Below are positions 31,806 through 41,105 of a DNA stretch of 51,374 bases, piece after piece; the first letter of the stretch is position 1, and every line of letters begins with the position of its first letter. The DNA lies in assembly GCA_015487095.1 (NCBI GenBank), contig WFQM01000328.1:1-51374 (forward strand), given 5' to 3'. Both the position numbers and the translations under genes were made by a program. This DNA comes from Gammaproteobacteria bacterium. GTDB lineage: Bacteria; Pseudomonadota; Gammaproteobacteria; SZUA-152. The notes under the pieces were generated by a model. That model was not told the DNA's origin. It saw only the letters and a list, made by a program, of their open reading frames with translations, and did not search any database.

Positions 31806-33737
31806 GTGAATACCCTGTTTATTACACGATACCTTATCAGCAGTATTGTCTTGCTGAACCTGGCCGCCTGCGGCACACCCACAACCGATATCACAGACAA
31901 TCACAATGAAATCATCCTGACCACCCCGGATAAAGAAAGCAAAACAGATACGCAAACGAAACGAAATAACCTTTCTGTCGTTGCCGGACCCGTTGAAAAC
32001 AAAAAGACCCATACCGCTCAAGAGCAGGAAATTGCTGTAGCCCTGAGTCAAGCTACGCAGCCATCGAGTATCACAACAAAAATCATTCCAGAAAGGCACA
32101 GGGTGCAAAAAAACAAGCTGACAGATGTGCTTGCCAAACCTCGTGGTGCTGAAATGTTGCGCTCTGCCCCTGCCCCCTTGCAGGAATATATGGCAGGTAT
32201 TACAGGGCATTCCTTATCCATGCCGATATTAGCCCCTCCGGTACAGTGGGAGAATGAGCCGGTTGACCGTGAAAACTATGCCCGGATTCATACAAATCCG
32301 GTGATTCGTGTTGCCGAAAGCCCAGTATCCACATTCAGCATTGATGTAGACAGCGGTTCGTATACCAACACAAGACGTATGATCATGGCGGGTCATCTGC
32401 CACCACAAGACGCAGTGCGCGTCGAAGAATTTTTAAACTATTTTGATTACGCCTATCCTGTACCCGTCAATGTGGATCATCCTTTTTCGGTTACCACAGA
32501 AATTGGTCCAAGCCCGTGGTCACAAGGGCGTCATTTATTACGCATTGGTCTAAAAGGTTATAACGTGGATGCAAGCCACCTCCCCGCATCAAATATTGTT
32601 TATCTGGTCGATGTCAGCGGCTCCATGCGCTCCGCAAACAAGCTAGAATTACTGAAACAATCACTGCGATTACTCACCAAACAGTTACGGCAGCAGGACA
32701 AAATCTCCATCGTGGTTTATGCGGGTGCCTCGGGCGTGGTATTAAATCCAACCCCCGGTAACCAGCGTTCAAACATCCTTTCTGCTCTTGATCGGCTCAC
32801 CGCAGGTGGCAGCACCAATGGCGGCGCAGGCATTCGCTTGGCCTACCAGCTTGCCGAACAGGCTTTTATAGCAGGGGGTATTAACCGGATTATATTAGCC
32901 TCGGATGGTGATTTTAATGTTGGCACAGTGTCCTTCGAGGCATTGATTGATCTTGTTGAAGAAAAACGTAAAACAGGCATTACCTTGTCTACCCTCGCCT
33001 TCGGTACCGGCAATGTGAATGACCAGTTAATGGAACAACTGTCAAACAAGGCAAATGGACAGTATGCGTACATCGATACCTTAAATGAGGCACAAAAGGT
33101 ACTGGTGGACGAAATTTCATCAACCCTGCAAACCATTGCCAAAGATACTAAAATTCAAATCGAGTTCAATCCTGATATTGTAAGTGAATACCGTCTGATT
33201 GGTTACGAGAATCGCGCCCTCAAACGGGAAGACTTTAATAACGACAAAGTCGATGCTGGTGAGCTAGGCGCGGGATACCGGGTAACAGCGCTGTATGAAC
33301 TGAGCCTGGTCAACAGTCAGTCACAGCTGATTGTTGACCCACTGCGCTATCAGGCAACAAAACCACTAACGGTAAATTCTTCAGGTAAAGCCATATCATC
33401 TGAACTGGCCTTCCTGCGGCTGCGCTATAAGCTTCCAGAAAGTAATACCAGCACCCTGATAGAGCACCCCATTTATACCCGTAATATCAAACATAACCTG
33501 GATACAACCAGTATCGATTTTCGTTTTGCCGCAAGTGTCGCTGCATTTGGTCAATTATTGCGCGGTGGCCAATATACCGGCGCATTCCAGTATCAAAATG
33601 TATTATCGCTTGCACGTAACAGTAAAGGCGAAGACCCTTTCGGCTATCGAGGTGAGTTCATTCGTCTGGTCAATCTTGCAAATTCACTGGCAAGCAGGCC
33701 CGCACAGCAATACAATCAACCTGTAGATATGTTGTAA
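31806..33737 (+). CDS. YfbK-like VWA-domain lipoprotein
   Basis: A GTG start has aggag 7 nt upstream. The lipobox is LNLAAC|G. STFSIDVDSGSYTNTRR is followed by a VWA MIDAS motif (YLVDVSGSM), and a long C-terminal domain resembles YfbK-family proteins. Confidence 0.75.
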   Translation: MNTLFITRYLISSIVLLNLAACGTPTTDITDNHNEIILTTPDKESKTDTQTKRNNLSVVAGPVENKKTHTAQEQEIAVALSQATQPSSITTKIIPERHRVQKNKLTDVLAKPRGAEMLRSAPAPLQEYMAGITGHSLSMPILAPPVQWENEPVDRENYARIHTNPVIRVAESPVSTFSIDVDSGSYTNTRRMIMAGHLPPQDAVRVEEFLNYFDYAYPVPVNVDHPFSVTTEIGPSPWSQGRHLLRIGLKGYNVDASHLPASNIVYLVDVSGSMRSANKLELLKQSLRLLTKQLRQQDKISIVVYAGASGVVLNPTPGNQRSNILSALDRLTAGGSTNGGAGIRLAYQLAEQAFIAGGINRIILASDGDFNVGTVSFEALIDLVEEKRKTGITLSTLAFGTGNVNDQLMEQLSNKANGQYAYIDTLNEAQKVLVDEISSTLQTIAKDTKIQIEFNPDIVSEYRLIGYENRALKREDFNNDKVDAGELGAGYRVTALYELSLVNSQSQLIVDPLRYQATKPLTVNSSGKAISSELAFLRLRYKLPESNTSTLIEHPIYTRNIKHNLDTTSIDFRFAASVAAFGQLLRGGQYTGAFQYQNVLSLARNSKGEDPFGYRGEFIRLVNLANSLASRPAQQYNQPVDML

Positions 33738-33756
33738 ATGAATGATTGAACAAAAT

Positions 33757-33796
33757 GGTACACGGCACAGTTACTCAAGCCGTGTACCATTTTTTC
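33757..33796 (+). terminator. rho-independent terminator of the VWA lipoprotein gene
   Basis: The 10-bp stem ggtacacggc/gccgtgtacc is followed by attttttc. Confidence 0.65.
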
Positions 33797-33804
33797 TGTC
33801 GTCA

Positions 33805-33989
33805 TATACCCGTGGCGTTTGAGATTTAGGTGTCAATGTGCGTCATATTTATTTCATGGCACCAAAAGTAGGCGCTTTTAGGCGAGGCGAAATGACGAGT
33901 AATAGTCGTTCTATTGCGAGGAATTTCAACGCAGCCATGGAATAAAGAGGGCATGCAGTGACACCTAAATCTCAATCGCCACGGGTATA
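33805..33989. mobile_element. 185-bp MITE-like element with 31-bp terminal inverted repeats
   Basis: 33805-33835 (tatacccgtggcgtttgagatttaggtgtca) matches the reverse complement of 33959-33989 with 1 mismatch. The element has no coding capacity and shares an internal core with the element at 43204-43376. Confidence 0.6.
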
Positions 33990-34003
33990 GCATTGGAAAA
34001 TAC

Positions 34004-34567
34004 GTGATACACGACAATAACGACGAAAATTTAATGTTGAAGTTTTCCCATAATGGCGATGTTTCTGCCTTTGACGTGTTATATGAGCGGCACAAGGCTC
34101 CTCTGTTTCGCTATATTCTAAAACAAACCAGACACAATCATGCAGTAACAGAAGAGCTTTTTCAGGAAGTCTGGAGCAACCTGATTCGTGCCCGGGAGCA
34201 ATACCAGCCCTCTGCGCGTTTCAGCACCTATCTGTTTCAGATTGCCCGTAATCGAATCATTGATCACGTAAGACGAGTGTCTACAAGGCCGATCAACGAC
34301 CCGGAAACCGGTCATGAAGACATTGCCAGCCCGGATAACCATGGCCCGGACCGGCACGCACACACTGCTGACTGCATTGAACAATTACAAACCCATGTCA
34401 GCCGGTTACCCAACGAGCAACATGAAACGTTTATTCTGAAACATGAAGGCGAACATACTCTCGGGCACATCGCCGAAATTACCGGCGTAACGCTGGAAAC
34501 CGCAAAAAGCCGACTGCGTTATGCCATGAAAAAATTGCGGGAACTCATGCCGGAGGAATGCCTGTGA
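34004..34567 (+). CDS. ECF (group IV) RNA polymerase sigma-70 factor
   Basis: Region 2 (FDVLYERHKAPLFRYI...EELFQEVW...YLFQIARNRIIDHVRR) and region 4 (LPNEQHETFIL...LGHIAEITGVTLETAKSRLRYAMKKLRE) are both present. The start is uncertain (GTG 34004 or ATG 34034). Confidence 0.85.
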   Translation: MIHDNNDENLMLKFSHNGDVSAFDVLYERHKAPLFRYILKQTRHNHAVTEELFQEVWSNLIRAREQYQPSARFSTYLFQIARNRIIDHVRRVSTRPINDPETGHEDIASPDNHGPDRHAHTADCIEQLQTHVSRLPNEQHETFILKHEGEHTLGHIAEITGVTLETAKSRLRYAMKKLRELMPEECL

Positions 34568-35517
34568 GTGATCAACCTGACAATCAATCCAGTGATGACA
34601 AAAAAATCAGTGCCCTGTATCGTGCAGGCAGCACAACACGACCACCGGAACATATTGATCAGGCCATTCGCGCAGAGGCAAGACGCTCTGTCAACTCGAT
34701 GCCACGGCGTGTACGATCCCCCTGGGCTGTACCCGTATCAATGGCTGCCGTTCTGGTATTGAGTGTCAGTCTGATTTCATTGATACACGAAGAAGCCCCC
34801 ACGGTATCCGATATCGATATCCGCTCTGATGTCCCCGCCATGCATGCTGAAGAAATGGAAATAGTAGAAAATGTTATTAAAGAAAAGTCTGTTGATAACC
34901 TGAAAACCTTAGATGACCAAGTATCGGCAGCTGAAACTATGGGTATGACTCAACCTGAGTCAGACACAGAACAAAAAACAGAACAGCAAAAGACAACAGC
35001 GACTAAATCTTCTCCCCTTCCGCAAAAAAGTTTGGCATCTGCAAAAATCAATGCGGAATTAACCTCCGATGCCGCCGTCGAAAGCAGTGATAAAATATTA
35101 CAGGAATCACTTCGTCGGGTAACTCCTCAACCTGAAAGCCAACCACCTGCAACCGGACTGGTTGATAGCAGAGCGGAATTCAGCACCGGATTAAAAAAAG
35201 ACCTTGGCGCTAAAGCCAATGAAAACTGTGAGCAGTTAAGCCACAGCGCATGTCTTGATTCTAAACAATGCAGTCTGATAATGAATGAGCAAAAAGCACT
35301 TATCTGTCATCGCTCAACAAATCACTGTGACAGCGAATTTACTCAGCGCTCAGACACAAAAGAAAGCTGTGAAACCAAACAAGGCTGCGCGTATATTCCC
35401 CCCCCCTGTTTTTGCCCGCCGGATGTTATTTGTATCTGCGCTGGAGGTCAGCCGCCACAATGTCAGCCCCAAAAAACGGGAACACAAGATCAATCAAGAC
35501 ATCCGATGCCGGAATAA
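34558..35517 (+). CDS. putative anti-sigma factor: single-pass membrane protein with a Cys-rich C-terminal domain
   Basis: It overlaps the sigma-factor stop. It has a short cytoplasmic N-terminus and a TM segment (WAVPVSMAAVLVLSVSLISLI). The periplasmic part ends in a cluster of about 14 Cys (...CFCPPDVICICAGGQPPQCQP). Confidence 0.45.
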   Translation: MPVSDQPDNQSSDDKKISALYRAGSTTRPPEHIDQAIRAEARRSVNSMPRRVRSPWAVPVSMAAVLVLSVSLISLIHEEAPTVSDIDIRSDVPAMHAEEMEIVENVIKEKSVDNLKTLDDQVSAAETMGMTQPESDTEQKTEQQKTTATKSSPLPQKSLASAKINAELTSDAAVESSDKILQESLRRVTPQPESQPPATGLVDSRAEFSTGLKKDLGAKANENCEQLSHSACLDSKQCSLIMNEQKALICHRSTNHCDSEFTQRSDTKESCETKQGCAYIPPPCFCPPDVICICAGGQPPQCQPQKTGTQDQSRHPMPE

Positions 35518-36606
35518 CCAGGCAGCCAATACCAGAGTTACGGCTCCAATGATCGCCATGGGCCAGAACTGGTGAAACAATAGTGCAAAACTATCACCCT
35601 CCAGCGTAACGCCGCGCACAATCACCAGAAAATAACGCAACGGATCAAGATAGGTGAGCCATTGCACAACTTCCGGCATATTGGCAATGGGGGTCGTAAA
35701 ACCGGACAGAATGACCGCCGGAACGATAAACAGAAAGGCACCGAGGATTGCCTGCTGCTGGGTGACACAAATAGACGAAATCATCAGTCCAATACCCACC
35801 GTCGCCACCAGAAACAACAGGATGCCCAGGTACAGGGCTGGAATACTGCCACGCAGGGGGATATCGAAAAACCACACCATCAACAAAATAATCAACGTTG
35901 CTTCCAGCAGACCAATAACAATGCCGGGAACTGCTTTGCCAATAAGAATTTCCACTGGTCGTAGCGGTGTCACCAGCAATTGATCAAAAGTACCCTGCTC
36001 GCGCTCACGTGCCACCGACAATGCGGTGACCAACAGGGTTACCACCAGCATCAGCGAACCAACAATGCCCGGCACAATAAACCACTGGGATTGCAAATTT
36101 TCGTTATACCAGGCACGCATTTCCAATTTGACTGGCGGGCCGGTTTGTCCGTGTTCACGTTGCCATTCACGATTAAAATCCAGCACTACATCCCGCAGAT
36201 AATTCAGAGCAGTCATCGCAGTATTGGAATTCCGGCCGTCGATAATCAATTGTAATGGAGCCGGGTCACCTCGTTGTAAATTGGCGCTGAAACGTTGGTC
36301 AAGGCGAATCACCAGCAACACTTCGCGATTATCAATGAGCGGTGCAATCTCATTATCGTTACTAATTTCATAAAGAATAGAAAAATGGGGTGAGCCTTCG
36401 ATACGCGCCAACAGCTCGCGCGATGCTCCACCGCTGTCTTCATTATAAACCGCGACAGGTACATCGTTGAGGTCATAAGTAGCGGCAAAACCGAAGATGA
36501 ATAACTGTAAAATAGGTGGCACGATAATAATAATGCGACTGCGTTTGTCACGCATCAGAGCGAGAAACTCCTTGCGGGCGAGAGCGAAAATGTGCAGGAA
36601 GTTCAT
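35494..36606 (-). CDS. ABC-2 type transporter permease (YbhR/YhhJ-like)
   Basis: It has an N-terminal TM, a large periplasmic loop and a C-terminal 5-TM ABC-2 domain. It is the last gene of the HlyD/ABC operon. Confidence 0.8.
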   Translation of the reverse strand: MNFLHIFALARKEFLALMRDKRSRIIIIVPPILQLFIFGFAATYDLNDVPVAVYNEDSGGASRELLARIEGSPHFSILYEISNDNEIAPLIDNREVLLVIRLDQRFSANLQRGDPAPLQLIIDGRNSNTAMTALNYLRDVVLDFNREWQREHGQTGPPVKLEMRAWYNENLQSQWFIVPGIVGSLMLVVTLLVTALSVAREREQGTFDQLLVTPLRPVEILIGKAVPGIVIGLLEATLIILLMVWFFDIPLRGSIPALYLGILLFLVATVGIGLMISSICVTQQQAILGAFLFIVPAVILSGFTTPIANMPEVVQWLTYLDPLRYFLVIVRGVTLEGDSFALLFHQFWPMAIIGAVTLVLAAWLFRHRMS

Positions 36607-36657
36607 GCGGCATTGCCCTGTGCTGATATATCTTCGTTTTTATCACGTTGTGAGTTG

Positions 36658-36740
36658 GAAACGCAGAGATCGCAGAGGCGCAAAGGTCGCAGAGAAAACC
36701 ATAAAGAAAAACCTCTGCGCCTCTGTGATCTTTGCGTTAA
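36658..36740. repeat. family B hairpin repeat inside the ABC exporter operon
   Basis: The sequence is gaaacgcagagatcgcagaggcgcaaaggtcgcagagaaaacc...cctctgcgcctctgtgatctttgcgttaaat. It fills the 162-bp gap between the two permease genes. Confidence 0.65.
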
Positions 36741-36768
36741 ATGGCTGCACTTACTCATCCCACTCTCC

Positions 36769-37890
36769 TTAATCCAGCCGCTTGTAGGATTTTTTCACCA
36801 CCAACGTGGCAAGAATTAACAGCATGAATAACATGGCTCCAGCATTAGCCAGTATCACCGGCCATACTGGACCGGCAAGAAACAGGGTTTGCAAAATGGC
36901 AACAAAATAACGCGCAGGCACTAGATAAGTGATGGTTTGCACCCATCCGGGCATGGAATGAATATCAAACAGAAAACCCGAGAGCAGAAAACTGGGCAGA
37001 AAGCTGACCACCAATGCCACCTGCCCGGCTAAAAACTGGTTGCGTGTCACAATGGAAATAAGCAGGCCGATAGCCAATGACACCAGCATGAACAGCGCCG
37101 AGCAAAGCATCAGTAACCAGACCGGACTGAGCAAGGGTACATTAAACAGGAACAAGGCCATGGCCACGCTGAGCAGCATGCCTCCCATACCTAACATAAA
37201 ATAAGGGATCAATTTGCCAATCAGCATTTCGCCCATGCGCAACGGTGTGACCATTAATGCTTCCATGGTGCCGCGCTCCCATTCACGCGCCACAACCATG
37301 GCGGTCAGTAAAGAACCGATCATGGTCATGATAATAGCGATCAACCCTGGCACCAGAAACAGGTGACTGGACAGTGCCGGGTTGAACCATACTCGCTGTT
37401 CCATGGACACGGGCAAATCGAGCGCCCGCCCGCGTGCAGCGGAAAAATGTTGTAGCCAGGCCAGCCAGGTACCTTGAATATACCCTTTGGTGATGTTGGC
37501 CTGATTGGAATCCACGCCGTTGACAAACACACCAATGGGCGCTTCATCGCCACTCAGCAGGCGACTGGAAAAATCATTACGCAGCCAAAGAATACCGTCA
37601 ATACGCCGCTCGATCAGCGCCTGTTGGGCCTCCTGTATTGCGGCAAAACGTTGGGGGTGAAAAAATTCAGAGCGGTCAAAGGCTCCGGCCAGCGACTGAG
37701 CGGCGGTGTCTGGCTGTTCAATGACAATTCCTAACGGAATATTTTTAGCATCCAGCGACACGCCGTAGCCAAACAGCAGTAACAACACCACAGGCATGAT
37801 AAAAGCAATGGAAATACTCGATGGGTCGCGCAGGATTTGCAAACTCTCCTTGCGGATCATACCCCACAGGCGACGCAGTGAAGCACTCAT
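36769..37890 (-). CDS. ABC-2 type transporter permease (YbhS-like)
   Basis: It has the same architecture as the downstream permease, and its start overlaps the ATPase gene stop. Confidence 0.8.
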   Translation of the reverse strand: MSASLRRLWGMIRKESLQILRDPSSISIAFIMPVVLLLLFGYGVSLDAKNIPLGIVIEQPDTAAQSLAGAFDRSEFFHPQRFAAIQEAQQALIERRIDGILWLRNDFSSRLLSGDEAPIGVFVNGVDSNQANITKGYIQGTWLAWLQHFSAARGRALDLPVSMEQRVWFNPALSSHLFLVPGLIAIIMTMIGSLLTAMVVAREWERGTMEALMVTPLRMGEMLIGKLIPYFMLGMGGMLLSVAMALFLFNVPLLSPVWLLMLCSALFMLVSLAIGLLISIVTRNQFLAGQVALVVSFLPSFLLSGFLFDIHSMPGWVQTITYLVPARYFVAILQTLFLAGPVWPVILANAGAMLFMLLILATLVVKKSYKRLD

Positions 37891-39653
37891 GCCACAATCT
37901 CCATGGCGTTATTCTGCTCACGCTGTTCAATAAGCCGGATAAAGGCGTCTTCCATGCTAGGGTCAGGGTTATCCACCGTGCGTGCGCGGGCTTTCATTTC
38001 CCGTGGCGTGCCTTCCGCCAGCACCGTGCCCTCGGCCATGATCACCAGACGATCACAATAATTGGCCTCTTCCATGAAATGAGTAGTGACCAACACCGTT
38101 ACCCCGGCTTCAGCAAGGGCATTGGTGCGTGCCCAGAATTCACGTCGCGCCAACGGATCAACACCGGAGGTAGGCTCATCGAGAAACAGAATTTCCGGTT
38201 CATGCATAAGCGCTGCAGCAAAGGACAAGCGTTGCTTGAAACCTAACGGTAAATCGCGGGCGTTGGTTTCCCCATAGTCCGCCAGCTCAAAAGTATTGAT
38301 GGCCCATTTTACCCGCTCATCCTGATGATCGCTGCGCAGCCCGTACGCACTGGCGAAAAAGCGCAGGTTTTGCATTACTGAGAGATCACCATAAAGCGAA
38401 AACTTCTGTGCCATATAACCGATATGACGACGGGCTTCAGCACGCGCAATATGTAAATCCAGGCCCGCCACTGACAATTCACCACCACTGGCTGGCAACA
38501 ATCCACAGAGCATACGGAAAGTCGTGGTTTTGCCCGCGCCATTGGCTCCCAACAGACCAAAAATTTCGCCGCGCTTTACATTAAAACTGACATTGTTAAC
38601 CGCGATAAAATCGCCAAAACGACGCAACAATTTATGTACCCGGATGACTTCTTCACCATCACGCGAATCAATATGCAGATTCATTCCGCCAAGATCTGCT
38701 GTGCCGTTGTGACGCACTTTTAGACGGGCAACAAAAGCATCTTCGAAACGCGGTGCAACAGGCTGAATATGAACATCGTCAAGCCCCGGCAGTAGATTCT
38801 CCGCTGTAGGTTGAATTTCCGGCTCCATAACCAGGCGCACTGTTTCACCCTCTACCAAAGCATCGAGCACACCCGGAGCCTGATCGAGACGGGTCTGTAA
38901 CTGGCGATGGGAAATACCGGCAGCACTAACCTGAAATATACGGCCCTGCACTTTGGCGCTGAATTCAGCGGGTGCCCCCTGCCCGAGCAGCTTGCCCTGA
39001 TGCAATAACAGCACTTCGTTACAGCGCTCAGCTTCATCCAGATAAGCGGTACTGAGTAACACACTCATGCCCTGCTCTTTCACCTGTTGGTAAACAATGG
39101 CCCAAAGCTCACGGCGCGATACCGGATCGACACCCACAGTAGGCTCGTCCAGCAACAGCAGGCGCGGCGCGCGCAACAGCGCACAGGCCAATCCCAGCTT
39201 TTGTTTCATGCCTCCGGAAAGTTGCCCTGCCAGCCGCGCAGTAAAAGGCGCAAGCCCCGTCATATGCATCAACTCGGTATAACGGATAGCGCGTTTTTCC
39301 TGTGGCAGACCTTGCAGCTCCGCGTAGAGATCAAGGTTTTCCTGCACGCTAAGGTCTTCGTAAAGACCGAAACGTTGTGGCATATAACCCACCGCCGATT
39401 GCACGATCTGTGACTCAGCCACAGCATCCAGACCAAGTGCGGAAATTGTGCCCGATTCGGGACGCAACAAACCGCAGGCCAGACGCATGAGCGTGGTTTT
39501 ACCCGCACCATCGGGACCAATAAGGCCGGTCACCTGACCGGGAATGATATCGAAACTGACATCATCAAGCGCACACAGTGCGTGCTCAGCACGGGTGAAA
39601 ACCTGACGAACATTGCGGAAAATAAGTACCGGATTATCCATTATGGTAATCAT
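37887..39653 (-). CDS. ABC transporter ATP-binding protein with two fused ATPase domains (YbhF-like)
   Basis: Two Walker A motifs (GPDGAGKTT, GANGAGKTT), two signature motifs (LSGGMKQKL, LPLGFKQRL) and two Walker B motifs (LLLDEP, LFLDEP) are present. Confidence 0.9.
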   Translation of the reverse strand: MITIMDNPVLIFRNVRQVFTRAEHALCALDDVSFDIIPGQVTGLIGPDGAGKTTLMRLACGLLRPESGTISALGLDAVAESQIVQSAVGYMPQRFGLYEDLSVQENLDLYAELQGLPQEKRAIRYTELMHMTGLAPFTARLAGQLSGGMKQKLGLACALLRAPRLLLLDEPTVGVDPVSRRELWAIVYQQVKEQGMSVLLSTAYLDEAERCNEVLLLHQGKLLGQGAPAEFSAKVQGRIFQVSAAGISHRQLQTRLDQAPGVLDALVEGETVRLVMEPEIQPTAENLLPGLDDVHIQPVAPRFEDAFVARLKVRHNGTADLGGMNLHIDSRDGEEVIRVHKLLRRFGDFIAVNNVSFNVKRGEIFGLLGANGAGKTTTFRMLCGLLPASGGELSVAGLDLHIARAEARRHIGYMAQKFSLYGDLSVMQNLRFFASAYGLRSDHQDERVKWAINTFELADYGETNARDLPLGFKQRLSFAAALMHEPEILFLDEPTSGVDPLARREFWARTNALAEAGVTVLVTTHFMEEANYCDRLVIMAEGTVLAEGTPREMKARARTVDNPDPSMEDAFIRLIEQREQNNAMEIVA

Positions 39654-39688
39654 TTTCAGCGATCCGTTCAGTAATGAACATAAAATGA

Positions 39689-40720
39689 TTAAGCATCACC
39701 GCAGGGCCGTGATCCGCTGCCCACATCGGCTTGATCAAGCTCAATGCTCACGCTTACCGGCATACCCAGACGAAGCTCTCCTGCGGGATTACAGGCAATA
39801 ATGCGCACGGAATAAACCAATCGGGTGCGTAACTCCGGCGTTTGTACTGTCTTTGGTGTAAATTCGGCGGTGGGTGAAACATAGCCGATCCAGCCCTGAT
39901 AACGCTTGTCAGGATAACTGTCAGTAGTAATCCAGGCGACAGCACCAGGACGCACACGACCGAGCATAGGCTCCGGTAAATAAGCACGCACCCAGACGGG
40001 GTCGAGAAAAGCCAGAGTCAGCACTGGCGACTGCGGAGACGCCATGTCACCGGGCTCAAGAATGCGATTGCGAATAACCCCATCCGCAGGCGCATGGAGG
40101 CTGGCATCGTTAAATCGCTGCTGAACCTGTTTAAGTACCGCCTTGCGTGCTGCCAACTGGGCACGGGCAACAGCAATGTCTTCCTTGCGGCTGCCAGCCT
40201 TGAGCAATGCCAATGTGGCATGTACCGCCTTCACCTGAGCGGCAGCAGCATCAGCCTGGGAGCGTGCCTGCTCCTCATCCTGTGGCGAAGCGAGCTTCTT
40301 CTCCAGCAACCGGGCCATGCGACGGTAACTGTCACGCGCCGCCTTGGCCTGTGCCTCCGCAGCCTGCAATTCAGCTTCACCTTTGCGAATTTCCTCCGGG
40401 CGACTGCCCGCTTCCAGTCTGGCCAACACTTGCCGTTGTGCCTCCAGCGCTGCTTCGGTCTCGGCCAACTGTGCTTCCAGCAATTCCGTTTGCAAACGGG
40501 CCAATAATTGTCCCTTGTTGACGCGGTCTCCCTCCTGCACCAGGATTTGTGCGATATGCTCATTACCATTGAAAGCCAGCTGCGCCTCACGGATATCAAT
40601 ATTGCCGTATAAAGCAAGCTGACCGTTGTCAGCATCACCTGGGGATTTCAGCAGCCAGAAATAACTCCCTGCTCCCACGAGAACCACAACGATGAAAAAA
40701 ATAAACAATCGCTTCTTCAT
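39689..40720 (-). CDS. HlyD-family membrane fusion protein (YbhG-like)
   Basis: The start is taken at MKKRLFIFFIVVVLVGAG (ATG 40720). A long coiled-coil (AQLAETEAALEAQRQVLARLEAG...) and a beta-barrel C-terminus are present. It is the first gene of the operon. Confidence 0.8.
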   Translation of the reverse strand: MKKRLFIFFIVVVLVGAGSYFWLLKSPGDADNGQLALYGNIDIREAQLAFNGNEHIAQILVQEGDRVNKGQLLARLQTELLEAQLAETEAALEAQRQVLARLEAGSRPEEIRKGEAELQAAEAQAKAARDSYRRMARLLEKKLASPQDEEQARSQADAAAAQVKAVHATLALLKAGSRKEDIAVARAQLAARKAVLKQVQQRFNDASLHAPADGVIRNRILEPGDMASPQSPVLTLAFLDPVWVRAYLPEPMLGRVRPGAVAWITTDSYPDKRYQGWIGYVSPTAEFTPKTVQTPELRTRLVYSVRIIACNPAGELRLGMPVSVSIELDQADVGSGSRPCGDA

Positions 40721-41105
40721 ATGACAGCTCCCGGGTTTTAAAACGATAAAAAAATCAGGTTTACATCTACGGCCAAGGCCACAGTTAAATACAATTGGGT
40801 TTTGTCTGCTGCTACCCAGGTTACACTTATCTTCCACCACCAGTGACCGGGATACCTAACCCGTCAGCCCCAAAATATAAGCTTCAATGGTTTTCAGCCA
40901 GGAATCGTTGCGCCTGAAGAGTTATAGATGGGTTTGGTGATTTTGCTTGAAATTTGATTCGAGTGATGATGTTATAGCGCTGTAACTTCATGATTCTTGA
41001 ATGAATAATCTTTCAATGTAAGAAAGCAGGGTTACATTTTATAATTTCCCGGGCGTCGCTGTTTTTTTGCCATGTAGCGACGTTACTCAGCAAGGACATT
41101 CTGAC

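Noticed and set aside
33826-34095. 89-aa ORF on the minus strand
   Set aside because: It lies inside the 185-bp MITE and overlaps the ECF sigma gene start antisense. No support.
36497-36819. Two plus-strand ORFs (91 aa and 75 aa) with products such as QRRKGRRENHKEKPLRLCDLCV
   Set aside because: They are translations of the family B hairpin repeat and of the antisense strand of the permease genes.
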